Source of the DNA: Phyllosticta citribraziliensis
Taxonomy: Eukaryota
NCBI RefSeq assembly: GCF_038025025.1
Contig: NW_027117338.1
Span: 496,001-560,000, forward strand
Length of the DNA: 64,000 nt
Reading direction: 5' to 3'
The translations under genes were made by a program, and so were the position numbers. How positions within the stretch are numbered: position 1 is the stretch's first letter; the number at the start of each line of letters is the position of its first letter. Shown in pieces: positions 1 to 9,629 of this stretch. Under the pieces are notes generated by a model. That model was not told the origin of the DNA. It searched no databases and was given only the letters and a program-made list of their open reading frames with translations.

Positions 1-839
1 AGTGTTCGGTGCATCACTCCTTTGTCTCATGTGATACCCAAAGCCTATTGCTCTCCATTCCGGATCAGAGGGACTCATTTGACACATGGGCGTTTCTTCC
101 CCCTTCCTCAGGTCAAAACGTTTGTTCGGTGCTTCGTTTTACTTCCAAACGGCCGCAACTGTCTTCTTAGACGCGTGATAGGGAGTCAACATAACACTCC
201 GTATGGCCACCCGTATGTGTTCGCTAGGAATCTTGATACTGAAAAATGTGCCTCCACTCCGAACCGCTCGAAGAAATCCAAGTCGCTCATACGATGATTG
301 CCACATTGTGGTTACAAAGAAATGACAGCTCCCGCCACCACTTTTGCGTCCCGGGAGCGTTCATTCCTACAGCGAACAAAACTTAAAAGGTTGCGGCCTA
401 CTACCTGTGGTAAAACCAATTAATGAAACCTCTTTAGCATTGATGATTTCCACGTGTGAACTCAGATAGAATTGTAGCAAAAGAAGGGTGCATTTATTTG
501 TCGACCGCTTGTTTGTAGATGGAGTCTTGTTTGAAAAAGTAAGGAGATTGACTAAGACAACTGTTAATCTAAGCTCCCTCTTTCAGTGCCTATAAATACA
601 ACCATCTTGTTCCACCTCTACTAGTTCAAATGCTGTAATAATCAGGGCTTGTAGTATATCCCAACTTATTCCAATATCTTAGTTGGGGCGTAGGAGGGTT
701 TACTGCAAAGTGCGCGGGTCGCCTGGGTGGTTTTAGAAGGAAGTTGCGACCGGTGCGTAGAGGAAGCCTCTACTGGCCCACAGCAACAAACCTTTCACAC
801 TTTCCGTCGCCCTTCTTTTCAACTGCTGGCAACATAGCC

Positions 840-1574
840 ATGTTTTCTTTGGGCGATACGGTCCACGAAGGCCAAGGCCGAGAGCCACCCACTGGCGACG
901 CCTCGCGTGGAGACAACATGCGTGCGCTCAGGGACTTTGATGAGATGGAGGTAAGTCAACGACCTACGATGATAACGCAGCGATTTCTAACGAAGCGAAG
1001 ATCATTGGAGAGGTCTCGGCTGGAAACTTCGATAGTGCAGGCGAACTAGCTGAGCAGGCTCTGCTTGATGCCCGCCTCCCGCTACTCGACCGCTACATGT
1101 TCGAGTCCCTTCTTGCTACCTTGCCTGGTAAAGATTCCTGGCGCCATCTAGGGAATGCGGAAAGAGTTGCCAGAATCATCGAGGACGATGTGGAAGGTGT
1201 CAGTATTGCCGTTCTCTTTCCAAATAAAACATGATCTAACGGAGAAACAGAGTCCCGATCCTGATCCTGTCAACTTCGAGATTATCGACTGCATGCGCTC
1301 ATTTCTCCGAAAATGCAAGGCTGGCCTACTCAATCAGGCAGCTGAGAAGGCTCGTCAGAAGCTGGACGACGAAGCCGAGACAACAAAGCCGAAAGACAAA
1401 GGCGGACAAAGAACCCTCGACCAGTTTTTCAACAAAGTCGACACGGGCGCGAAGCCGGTCAAGCCCGCTAGAAAGAACAAGTTGGACGACGACTATGTCA
1501 TATACTTCCAAATGGCAATCTTCGATTACTTCAGTCCTCTACAGGATGAAGAAGGCACCGAGCTAGAATCATGA
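840..1574 (+). CDS. Uncharacterised helical (TPR-like) protein, paralog 1 of a tandem triad; ends at first in-frame stop
   Basis: ATG 840; phase-0 introns 951-1000 (GTAAGT..CTAAC..AAG) and 1199-1250 (GTCAGT..CTAAC..CAG). Spliced: MFSLGDT..GDNMRALRDFDEME|IIGEVSAGNFDSAGELAEQALLDARLPLLDRYMFESLLATLPGKDSWRHLGNAERVARIIEDDVEG|SPDPDPVNFEIIDCMRSFL... Aligns with the genes at 3699 and 6135. Confidence 0.7.
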
Positions 1575-2602
1575 GCCAGCAAATCCGATTCGAGTCAGCG
1601 CAGCATCGAACTGGGCGAGGATTATTAGTCCCGCCCGACAACGAGGGAAAAGACTGGTGACAAAGTTCAGGGAGGCCCGTGTACCAACTCATTGGGCGCA
1701 GTGGCGTCACTAGTGGCTGATCAATTTATGTTGTTTTGACGCGTCCTCTGCTAGAATAAGAATATACAGCATATCACAGTTCCAGATTTTCTCACTGATG
1801 ATTGTGAAGACGACGACACCCCTCGCGCCAGGCGTCATCAGCCACACGCACCCAAGACAGACGCGGAGCATGCCGATTCGGAGCGTGATGAGCTTGCCGT
1901 CTTCTCCAGTGGCGGCACGCTTCGCCGTGGCCGCAACCGCGGGCGTGAATCTATTCCGCAATTTGCCACTGGAGTCGAGGAGCCTGAGCGCTCTAACTCT
2001 CGAAACGGTTTCCTCGCTCCGGGCTTCAACTTCATTCCGGCAGATTCAACGCCTATGCGCAGCATTCCGACCGCATCTTCCAACAGAAGATCGAATACCA
2101 CCTTCTCGGACGATGAATATGCATCAGCGGTCCACTCTCCAGTGCTTCAGAACTTGGCCGATCGCAGGAGGTCCAACGCCTTCGGCAGTATGCCTGAGAT
2201 GGCGCTTTTCTCGCCCGCCAACATTAGCCGATCGAGCACGCCTTTCCCCGGCTATGGTGCCTCTGCCAGCTCAGACTCTGGCAGGACAGAGTCCGATGAG
2301 CCAGATGAACGTCGCCGCGGTCGTCTGTCTTGGCAGTCCTGGTCCACCAACGCCAACAGGAGGTCCGGTACGCCCATCTGGGGAGGCAGCAGGGCTGGCC
2401 CGGGATATTATGGTCCTTTTCTCATTTCTAGCAGCTTGATGCGCCCGCAAGGTCCAGCACGTTTGCATACCGTCCGCAATTTGGTATTGGCTCCACCGAT
2501 GGCTCGGACTCGCAGTCCGCTGAACGCACAGTCGGCGACGAAGATGAGGACAAGAAGCCAGGCAAGCTATCTCCACAGAAGAAGCTTCGCCAGTGCAAGT
2601 GA
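1575..2602 (+). pseudogene. Interrupted low-complexity (S/R/D-rich) coding tail of paralog 1
   Basis: The same frame continues past TGA1572, TAG1626, TGA1737 and TAG1752 and is open from 1755 to 2672. A coding-like end in another frame (DGSDSQSAERTVGDEDEDKKPGKLSPQKKLRQCK*) stops at 2600-2602. Confidence 0.4.
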
Positions 2603-3023
2603 GACACGCTACTTCTCAGCCGTTGGATATTGGGGCGATGGACCCGCAAGTTGCAGCGGTTGGGTTCCGTAGTGGTCGACTGACGGCTCGGGTTTTGGTG
2701 ACGGTCGGCTGGCATTGGAATCTCTTGGTTTCCAAACTTGGTGAGCTCTTCGTAGAGCTATGGGTCTGTACTTGGCGACATGGCGCTCCTAAAAGACTGA
2801 ATACCCAATAGAAAAAAGGAGAGTTTGGACGTGTCAGCTACACATGAATGAATTGGTGATCCAAAAATGGATGACAGGTTATTGAACGCGACTGGGAAGG
2901 CTCTGTATAACAACAAATCTGTTGGAATACTCGACCGGTTAGCATATAAAGGGGGACGAATGCTCCTTGTGCGCATCATTCACAGCACTAGAATGCTCCC
3001 TGTGCGCAACGTGAATTGACTTT
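2601..3023 (+). repeat. Non-coding 3' block duplicated at 5391-5659, containing 33-bp-period GAATGCTCC units (cores at 2925, 2958, 2991)
   Basis: Direct similarity, e.g. ggcattggaatctcttggttt vs ggcattgaaatctcttggttt; aaagggggacgaatgctcctt vs aaaggggacgaatgctcctt; cagcactagaatgctccctgtgcgcaac vs cagcacaagaatgctccctgtgtgcaac. Confidence 0.85.
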
Positions 3024-3698
3024 CTGTTGCCAAATCCGTACCTCCGATAGTCGAAATGAAGCAGACCAGGAGCTCGACACGGCCTTCACGATGAAATACT
3101 CCCTCGAGGAACGCCGAGGGCTATTCGAGGCCCTTGAAGAACTTGAGATTTTGTTGACTAGTCCCCACCAGCCCAAGCGGCAGGCGTCGTAGCTCTGTTC
3201 ATGGAATCCCTGAGCAAGGTTTGGCGAAGAAAATCTCCTGCGAATGATCAGCATTCGAAATGAGCAAGCCTTGGAGCTGGGGCGTACTTGATGAGGACGG
3301 TTGCCCGAGCCGACTGTCATGGTCCCTCGAATCGCTGGCCATCTTTGCAGTAAAGGCGAAAGTTCAAGCTCCAAAGTGAGAGAATCAAAAGATTTCGGTA
3401 GACCCTTTGGAAATGAGGAGGGTAATGGAGATTGACGTAGGGGAGATGACGGTGTTGATGAGCGGTGATCTTGGAAGAGGTCAAGAGGTTAGAGGTCGAG
3501 GTTTCGGTTTCGCAGAGCACAGAACAAATTCTGTGGGTTGTGCGCGACAACAACGCCGACAACAAACTGGAGCGTTTGGGAAGCGGCGTATCGGCCACGC
3601 ACACTGCAGGCGCAGCAATCACCTTGCCGACACGCCCGAAAGTCTGCGCATCTTGTCCGCAACGGCCTTCTCTCCGTCAACCTCAGCACTTCACCATT

Positions 3699-4448
3699 AT
3701 GGCTGATTCCCAGGACAATTCAGCCATCTCTGACAGCGGCACCGCTGGAACCAACATGGCTGATTCTCAGGAAATCTCAGCCAGACCTGGCTACGACACC
3801 GCTGGCCTTGACGTCAACCCTGTCCGCGACGGAACGAACATGCGAGCCTTTCGTGAATGGGAGGAGAGAGAGGTACGTATCAATCCAAATGAAAGAAGAT
3901 GCCTGCAACTAAGAAGCTCAACAAGATCGACGAAGCATGCGAGGAGGGAGACATGGCCAAGGCCAGTGGATTCGCTGAAGAGGCGCTTTCGGATCCAGCG
4001 CTTGGTTTCTTCTACAGAATCAAGTACGAGTGTCTACTGTGTGTGACGCCCGGCTACGATCCTTGGGAGCACGTGAAAAAAGCCCGAGAAGTCGTCCAAA
4101 TGGCGGAGAATTCCGTGATGAATGTGGAAGAGGTGAGTGACTCACTACGTTGAAACACACCATGTGCTGACAGTCTGAGTAAAGGATGAGACTCCAAACT
4201 CCACCAACGTTGAGGCTATCAGGAGAATGCGAGCATTTCTTGACGAGCGCGAGGCCGACCTTCTCGCAGAGGGCCAGGACCTGGCTGTCCATCAGGCAAG
4301 CAAAGACCAGCCTGACGTCGTTGGAGGAACACACTCGATCTTGAAAGAGGACACTGCGGCTGCGCATGAAGCTCCGATGGACACCAGCGTCGGCGTGGTA
4401 GGTGAAAAGCCCAAGCCGATCAAGCGAAGCAGAGAATCGGACGATTAA
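3699..4448 (+). CDS. Uncharacterised helical (TPR-like) protein, paralog 2; ends at first in-frame stop
   Basis: ATG 3699; phase-0 introns 3873-3925 (GTACGT..AAG) and 4133-4184 (GTGAGT..GCTGAC..AAG). Spliced: ..GTNMRAFREWEERE|IDEACEEGDMAKASGFAEEALSDPALGFFYRIKYECLLCVTPGYDPWEHVKKAREVVQMAENSVMNVEE|DETPNSTNVEAIRRMRAFLDEREADLL... Confidence 0.7.
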
Positions 4449-5349
4449 GATAAAACTTGCTCAAGAAGGTTCAGTTGGAGGAGGATACCGCGACAAGGTC
4501 AGAAGCTCCTGTAGACCCCAACACGCCTGTTTCCATGACATATTCCCCGCGGAAACTCGTGAAATGCTCAACACCCTTGCGACCTACTATGGTGAAGACC
4601 GAAGACGATGTGGACATCGACATGGCGGCCCCCAGCATCGAAGCTCGCGACCGCAACATCGCAACCATGGACAATGAATACGGTGGCAGCCACCTTCGTG
4701 CTGCAATTCATCAAGACCAGGGCTCTAAGCGTAGTGCTCTCCAGTGGTCAATACCGAAGATGACATGGAAATCGACGTGGCGGCCCCTAGCATTGAGGCC
4801 CACGACCCCTCTCCAGTGATCAAGACCCAGGACGACGCAGACGTCAACATCGCGCCGCCCAGCATCATCCAACACCAGATGCTCAAGTCCCACAGCCGTC
4901 AAAGCACACCCACAGAGAGCGAACAGAACACCCTTCGCACTGCAATTCACCAAGACCGCGTTTCGAAGCGCATGAACAGTCCCAACATTCCCGGCATGTC
5001 TGGTAGCCACGAGAAGGTCCTCCAGTGGAATGCCCGCTCGCAAATGCCTCCGCCGCCCACGAAAAGCCCAGAAGCTCCTCGCTTCAAGAAGCACTCTGTC
5101 TTACCCCTTCCAAAGCTGAACTTGACCGAGGCGAACCATGGAGGCCTCTTTCCCCGCCCGCTCACGCACCGCGAGATCACACCCGCAACGTCCGTAGCGA
5201 GCAGCGACAAGTCTGAGGCGAATCAGAGCGAGGCGTCTCCGATGCAGGAGTTCGTCGAGCCCATTTCGCCCATTGCGCGCAGGCCCACGCCGCTCTCGTA
5301 TGTTGAAACAGTCATCAAGACTGAGGAGGTGGACGAGGACGACGAGTAG
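4449..5349 (+). pseudogene. Frameshifted repeat-containing tail of paralog 2
   Basis: After TAA4446, coding-like sequence resumes in a second frame (4457 ORF) and then a third (4744 ORF). The motifs (V/I)(K/N)T(E/Q)DD..(D/N)(M/V/I)A(A/P)PSI x3 and LR(A/T)AIHQD..SKR x2 span both frames. Confidence 0.5.
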
Positions 5350-5390
5350 CAGCATTGGGGGAATCGTCGGTGACGGAGGTTAGGGAGGCT

Positions 5391-5659
5391 TGGATACGCA
5401 ACTCCTCAACAACTGGATGTTGGCGCCATGGGTGGTGGATTGGCGGTTCGGGTTTTGCTTGCCAGCCGGCATTGAAATCTCTTGGTTTTCTCGGTGAGCT
5501 CTTGGTGCTCTCGGTGAGCTCTTGGTGCAGCTCTAGGTCTGTACTTGGTGATAGAAAGAATGGAATGCCGAGTCCCGGCCTGCGAAAGGGGACGAATGCT
5601 CCTTCCAATCGCCTTGGACAGCACAAGAATGCTCCCTGTGTGCAACATAAGTGACTTTC
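5391..5659 (+). repeat. Second copy of the duplicated non-coding 3' block; GAATGCTCC cores at 5594 and 5627
   Basis: Matches 2601-3023 and carries a local 20-bp tandem duplication tctcggtgagctcttggtgc (5489-5528). Confidence 0.85.
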
Positions 5660-6134
5660 ATCTGCCGAATCCCCACTGCCCGCAGTCAATCCTCGCAGAG
5701 AACATGGTATTGAGTCTCGGGCCGGGCCATTACCTACAGCAAGCTGTTAGCGCACGGCACTGAAGGCAGCTAGTTGGAGACGTACGAGTTGGAAATCCAG
5801 GCCAGGGCGGCCGGACAACCACTCAACACCACCACTCTTTGCAAGCCAGTCAGGGGTAGAAGTCGACACGAATGAGAACTGACAGCAAAATCACAGACCA
5901 TTGTCTGCTCTAGACACAAAGTGACCTGGAAAGCTGCAATCCAGATAGGCAGCAGACACACATAGGGAATTGAAACTCTGTGGTCCTCCCGTCCTTTTGC
6001 GGCGTAGAGCACTGGCCGTCGAGCGCCAACGCTCATTTAGCTGCTCGGCGTGAGGATGTGTTGAAGTGATGGCCACGGTGATGCAAACGACCCATCTGCA
6101 CCACCGCAGCTTTCATCGCGCAGCTCCCGTCACC

Positions 6135-6899
6135 ATGGAGCCGAACGGAAATCCCTGCTCTACTGTCCCCATTCAGCCTCTTGTGCACCCGGAAGAACTG
6201 AACCATCCGTGGTTCGTCGAGGTACGCGGAGATTGGACGAGAAGAAACTGGAAGATTCTTAACAACGCAAACAGTACGAAGCCGCGTGGGAAGCCAACGA
6301 CCTTCAAAGGGTTGACTGCCTCTGCAGAGCCGCGGTGGAGGATCGACGCGCCAGTCTGACGGCTCGCTTCAGGGCCAGTGTGACGCTTGCGGGCTTGACC
6401 TCCGGCGGCGAGCCCTGGGAGCACTACAAGAGAGCCCACGTCTGTGCAGCAATTCTCCAGCACGCAGCCATGACGGTCAGTGGTTACAGCATTCCATTCG
6501 AGAGAAATTGGGGGACTAACGAGGAAGTAGAGCCCGGATGCATATAGCCGCCACCTTGAAGTCAACATCGACGGAGTCCATGCGATGTTCGGCATCCTCA
6601 AGGTCCTGGAGCATAACATAAAGGAGCTCGATAAGTGCAATCAGCGCGATTGGCTTCAGAACGTGGCGAGCAAGCTCTTGGGACCCCAGCAGGGTGAAGC
6701 GGCAGAGCAGCCTCAGGCCATGGTGCAAGAAGAGCCGTCCGCCGCCGCCGCTGCCGCCGCTGATGCTATGGCTGAGATCGCCGCGAACACCACCGCTCCC
6801 GACAGCCCCCCTCCCGATCCCACGATCGACCGCCCCTGGACAAAACGCGAGATCGCCAAGGGACTTGAGATGGTCAAGGCGTGGAATGCGACCCACTAA
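6135..6899 (+). CDS. Uncharacterised helical (TPR-like) protein, paralog 3
   Basis: ATG 6135; phase-0 introns 6222-6274 (GTACGC..CAG) and 6476-6530 (GTCAGT..CTAAC..TAG). Exon 2: YEAAWEANDLQRVDCLCRAAVEDRRASLTARFRASVTLAGLTSGGEPWEHYKRAHVCAAILQHAAMT. Exon 3 starts SPD..VNIDGVHAMFGIL, as in paralog 1 (SPD..VNFEIIDCMRSFL). Confidence 0.65.
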
Positions 6900-6965
6900 G
6901 ACAAGGTGGACAAGGAGGACAAGACAGATAGACGGAATTGGATGATTCAGAAAGCGGAGAATATG

Positions 6966-7235
6966 TGACTGTGGTAGCGCACGAAAGCTCCCTCTGCGCG
7001 ATTGTGGTGGCGGAAGAATGCTTCTTGAGTGCGAACGCAGCAATGGACGACAGACTTTTGGGCGACTGCTCCATAGGCGCGACTGTGGTGGCGAAAGAAA
7101 GCTCCTTGGACGCGGACAGAGCGGAAGAAAGCTCCTCAGGCACAACCATAACAGTGGACGATAGCGTAGTGGATGACGGCTCCTGCGTGTAATTGTAATA
7201 GCGTACGAAAGCTCCCAAGGTGTGACTGCGGTAGT
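6966..7235 (+). repeat. Degenerate ~33-bp minisatellite, core GAA(A/T)GCTCC
   Basis: Cores at 6983, 7016, 7064, 7097, 7127, 7175 and 7207 (several spacings of 33, others 30-32 or 48). Unit approx. tgactgtggtagcgcacgaaagctccctctgcg. Confidence 0.75.
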
Positions 7236-7437
7236 TAGCAATCCTGGCGGCAGACCGCCTCCAGACACGTGCATGACGCAGTTTGACAAGTTGACAGACG
7301 CAGCTCTTTGAAACCGGGACAAGAAACAAGAGAAAAAAATGGATTGACAGAGTGACAGAGAAGAAAGTGCAGAATGACGCTACCATGCCAGATTCCTCGC
7401 GAAGACGCCGTCGACTAAATCTATACCAGGAGTACAA

Positions 7438-9267
7438 CTAATTGTCAAACCAGCGGCCCCAGCTGCCCTGTTTCTTCCGCTCCGCACCGGCAAACTTACT
7501 CTCCTCCTCCTCCCACACGAGCCTCTCGACGCGCCTCCGTGCCGAAAACGCTCTCGCGAACCGCCAGGCTTCCGTGTCGGCCAAGTTCCACGCCTCGACG
7601 GCGTCCTTGACCTTTGCCATCTCCTTAAAGTTGGAGATGACGGCACGCCGCGCCTTGGCAAAGAGTTCCTCCTCGGCGGCAAGTTCGGCCTGCGTGGGTA
7701 GAGGACCTTCACCGGCTGCGGGCTTGGGAGGGGGCGGGCGGCGCTCCGGGCCGGGGACGGGCGTCTCTGAGCGGCCATCGTCTTCGGGCGAGTCGGGAAG
7801 CTCAAAGCCAAACAGCCAGTTGAGGTCCTTTTGCGACTCGCGCTCGGCGGTCAGCCAGATGGTGTGGTGGGAACCGTGCTCCGAGGCGACGGCTTCTTTG
7901 AAGTGTGAGATGCGGGTCGACGCGCTCTTGCCAGTCCCAAGCAGCTCTTTCGTCACAGAAATGAGCCACAGGTCGCGCTCCTTGACCTCGCGGCGCAAAA
8001 ACTTGGCGTCAATGGCGTCGCGCTGGTAGTTGAGCGACAAGAACGTGTACGGATGCGGGACGGTGCCAATGGTAAAGAGCTGCGAGTCGTTCCGGTAGAT
8101 GGGCATGAGCTGGATGCGGCGCGAGCTCACATTCGAAACGCAGGGCTTGCATTTGCGGTTTGGTGGGCAGGACGACGGCATGGGCGAATCCGGGCACTGC
8201 GTGAGGTTGCGGGCGAGGTCGACAGCCTCGGAAACAAGCGCCGTCATGTGTGCGGGGACGGGCTTGAGCACAGCAATGCCCTTTTCGAAAATGTTTTGCC
8301 AAGTGTTGTGCAAGTGTGAATTCATGAGTTGCGCGAGCGTGTGGAGTCCCTGGGCGCCGTCCTGGTCCAGCACCTTGACAACGTCCTTGTATTTTTCGCC
8401 GACAGTCTCCAAATCGTACACGGCAATGGCGTCTCCTTCGGGGTTGACTGTGAACAGGTCTTTGGGGATTGCGTCAATCATCGTCTTGGCTTTTTGGAGC
8501 TCCGGGTTATCGAGGGCCGCCTTGATGGCCTTGTTGATGGCGTCCTTTTCTCCGACGTAGAGACCTGTGCGCAGCGGCTCAAAGCGAGTCAACTTGGGGT
8601 ATTCTCCGCGACGAAGATAGGTCATAAAGTGATCGTCGTAGGGAGCCATGGGCAGCGTCAGCCAGTTGGCGAGAATACCACTGCCCATGTTGCCCCATGC
8701 CAGCCAACGGGCAAATTCCAGTTCCAGCCTCTTCAAGTCTGGCGTTCCATCGAGGTTGGCCAGCTGCAAGGTCTTGTATAGGGGGTTATTCAGGGCTTCA
8801 GGCCTGCCCAGGACAACGGGCTTGAAACCTTGTGCCCACCACGCTCTTCGCCATTGTAAAAGCAGCCTCTGTTCTGCTGCGCGTATTGCCGGATCTTGTT
8901 TGACTTCGCCATCGTAAAAGGTGTAGACTAGAGGCCTGGTGTGCAGGGGAGGCAGCACTGCCCTGTTCTCGTCGAGAGTGATTGAGGATGAAAAGGGATT
9001 CTTCCATTTCCAGTCACTAAACCAAGACGACGTCCCACTAGTACTATTTGCTTGTATCGGCGGCTTGTGGACGGAGACGAAGGGATTGTAGGATTGCGGG
9101 ATCGATATCGACGGTATCTTGGGATTCTTGACGGCCTGGGATATCTCGGAGACGCTTGGGACGTGGTCGACCTTTGTGGGAGATCCAAAGAGGAAAAGAC
9201 TGCAGACGAAGAATACAACCACCGCGAGCACCACCTTGTACCGGGGAGGGATAAAGATTCCAGGCAT
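7438..9267 (-). CDS. Conserved fungal hypothetical type II membrane protein (~609 aa)
   Basis: Intronless ORF from MPGIFIPPRYKVVLAVVVFFVCSLFLF (single N-terminal TM), a P/S stem, then a globular domain with WRRAWWAQGF, RWLAW and a Cys cluster CPDSPMPSSCPPNRKCKPC. Confidence 0.8.
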   Translation of the reverse strand: MPGIFIPPRYKVVLAVVVFFVCSLFLFGSPTKVDHVPSVSEISQAVKNPKIPSISIPQSYNPFVSVHKPPIQANSTSGTSSWFSDWKWKNPFSSSITLDENRAVLPPLHTRPLVYTFYDGEVKQDPAIRAAEQRLLLQWRRAWWAQGFKPVVLGRPEALNNPLYKTLQLANLDGTPDLKRLELEFARWLAWGNMGSGILANWLTLPMAPYDDHFMTYLRRGEYPKLTRFEPLRTGLYVGEKDAINKAIKAALDNPELQKAKTMIDAIPKDLFTVNPEGDAIAVYDLETVGEKYKDVVKVLDQDGAQGLHTLAQLMNSHLHNTWQNIFEKGIAVLKPVPAHMTALVSEAVDLARNLTQCPDSPMPSSCPPNRKCKPCVSNVSSRRIQLMPIYRNDSQLFTIGTVPHPYTFLSLNYQRDAIDAKFLRREVKERDLWLISVTKELLGTGKSASTRISHFKEAVASEHGSHHTIWLTAERESQKDLNWLFGFELPDSPEDDGRSETPVPGPERRPPPPKPAAGEGPLPTQAELAAEEELFAKARRAVISNFKEMAKVKDAVEAWNLADTEAWRFARAFSARRRVERLVWEEEESKFAGAERKKQGSWGRWFDN

Positions 9268-9629
9268 GGCGATGAGTCGGCGGTTAGGACATTTGTCGGA
9301 GGTGTTGAGGTTTGCCCCTTGGTGGATTACGTGGCAACGGCGGGGCCGCGAGAATGAGTGAGTGGTAGCGAACGAGGTCGAGCAAAGACGCAGCAGTGAA
9401 GCTAGGCGGATTCGGACGTGACTGATACGAATCAACAGCCAGATGCGTCGGGAGAAGGACGCGACGTACGGAGCGCACAACGCCATCTCAGCCCTACCGC
9501 TCTTGGCGCGCAGGGTCCCGCCATTCCGCTTGGGCCGACTTCGGAGCCCTTCCCCAGCTTTTTGGTTGCGTACTCATCGACTCATCGCTCAATTGGAGCG
9601 CTCCTCTCTACACCATCCAATTCCTCGCC

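Noticed and set aside
1..740. RIP-degraded transposon edge (AT-richer, TATAAATA at ~590)
   Set aside because: No terminal repeats or TE protein motifs are visible; it may simply be the promoter of paralog 1 and cannot be resolved at the window edge.
6966..7235. CRISPR array (conserved core plus variable spacer)
   Set aside because: Eukaryotic DNA, a core of only ~9-10 bp, spacers related to each other and no cas genes. Kept as a minisatellite-like finding.
6516..7437. Minus-strand ORFs 6516..7322 and 6874..7437
   Set aside because: Antisense shadows of paralog 3 and the 33-bp array; no domain features.
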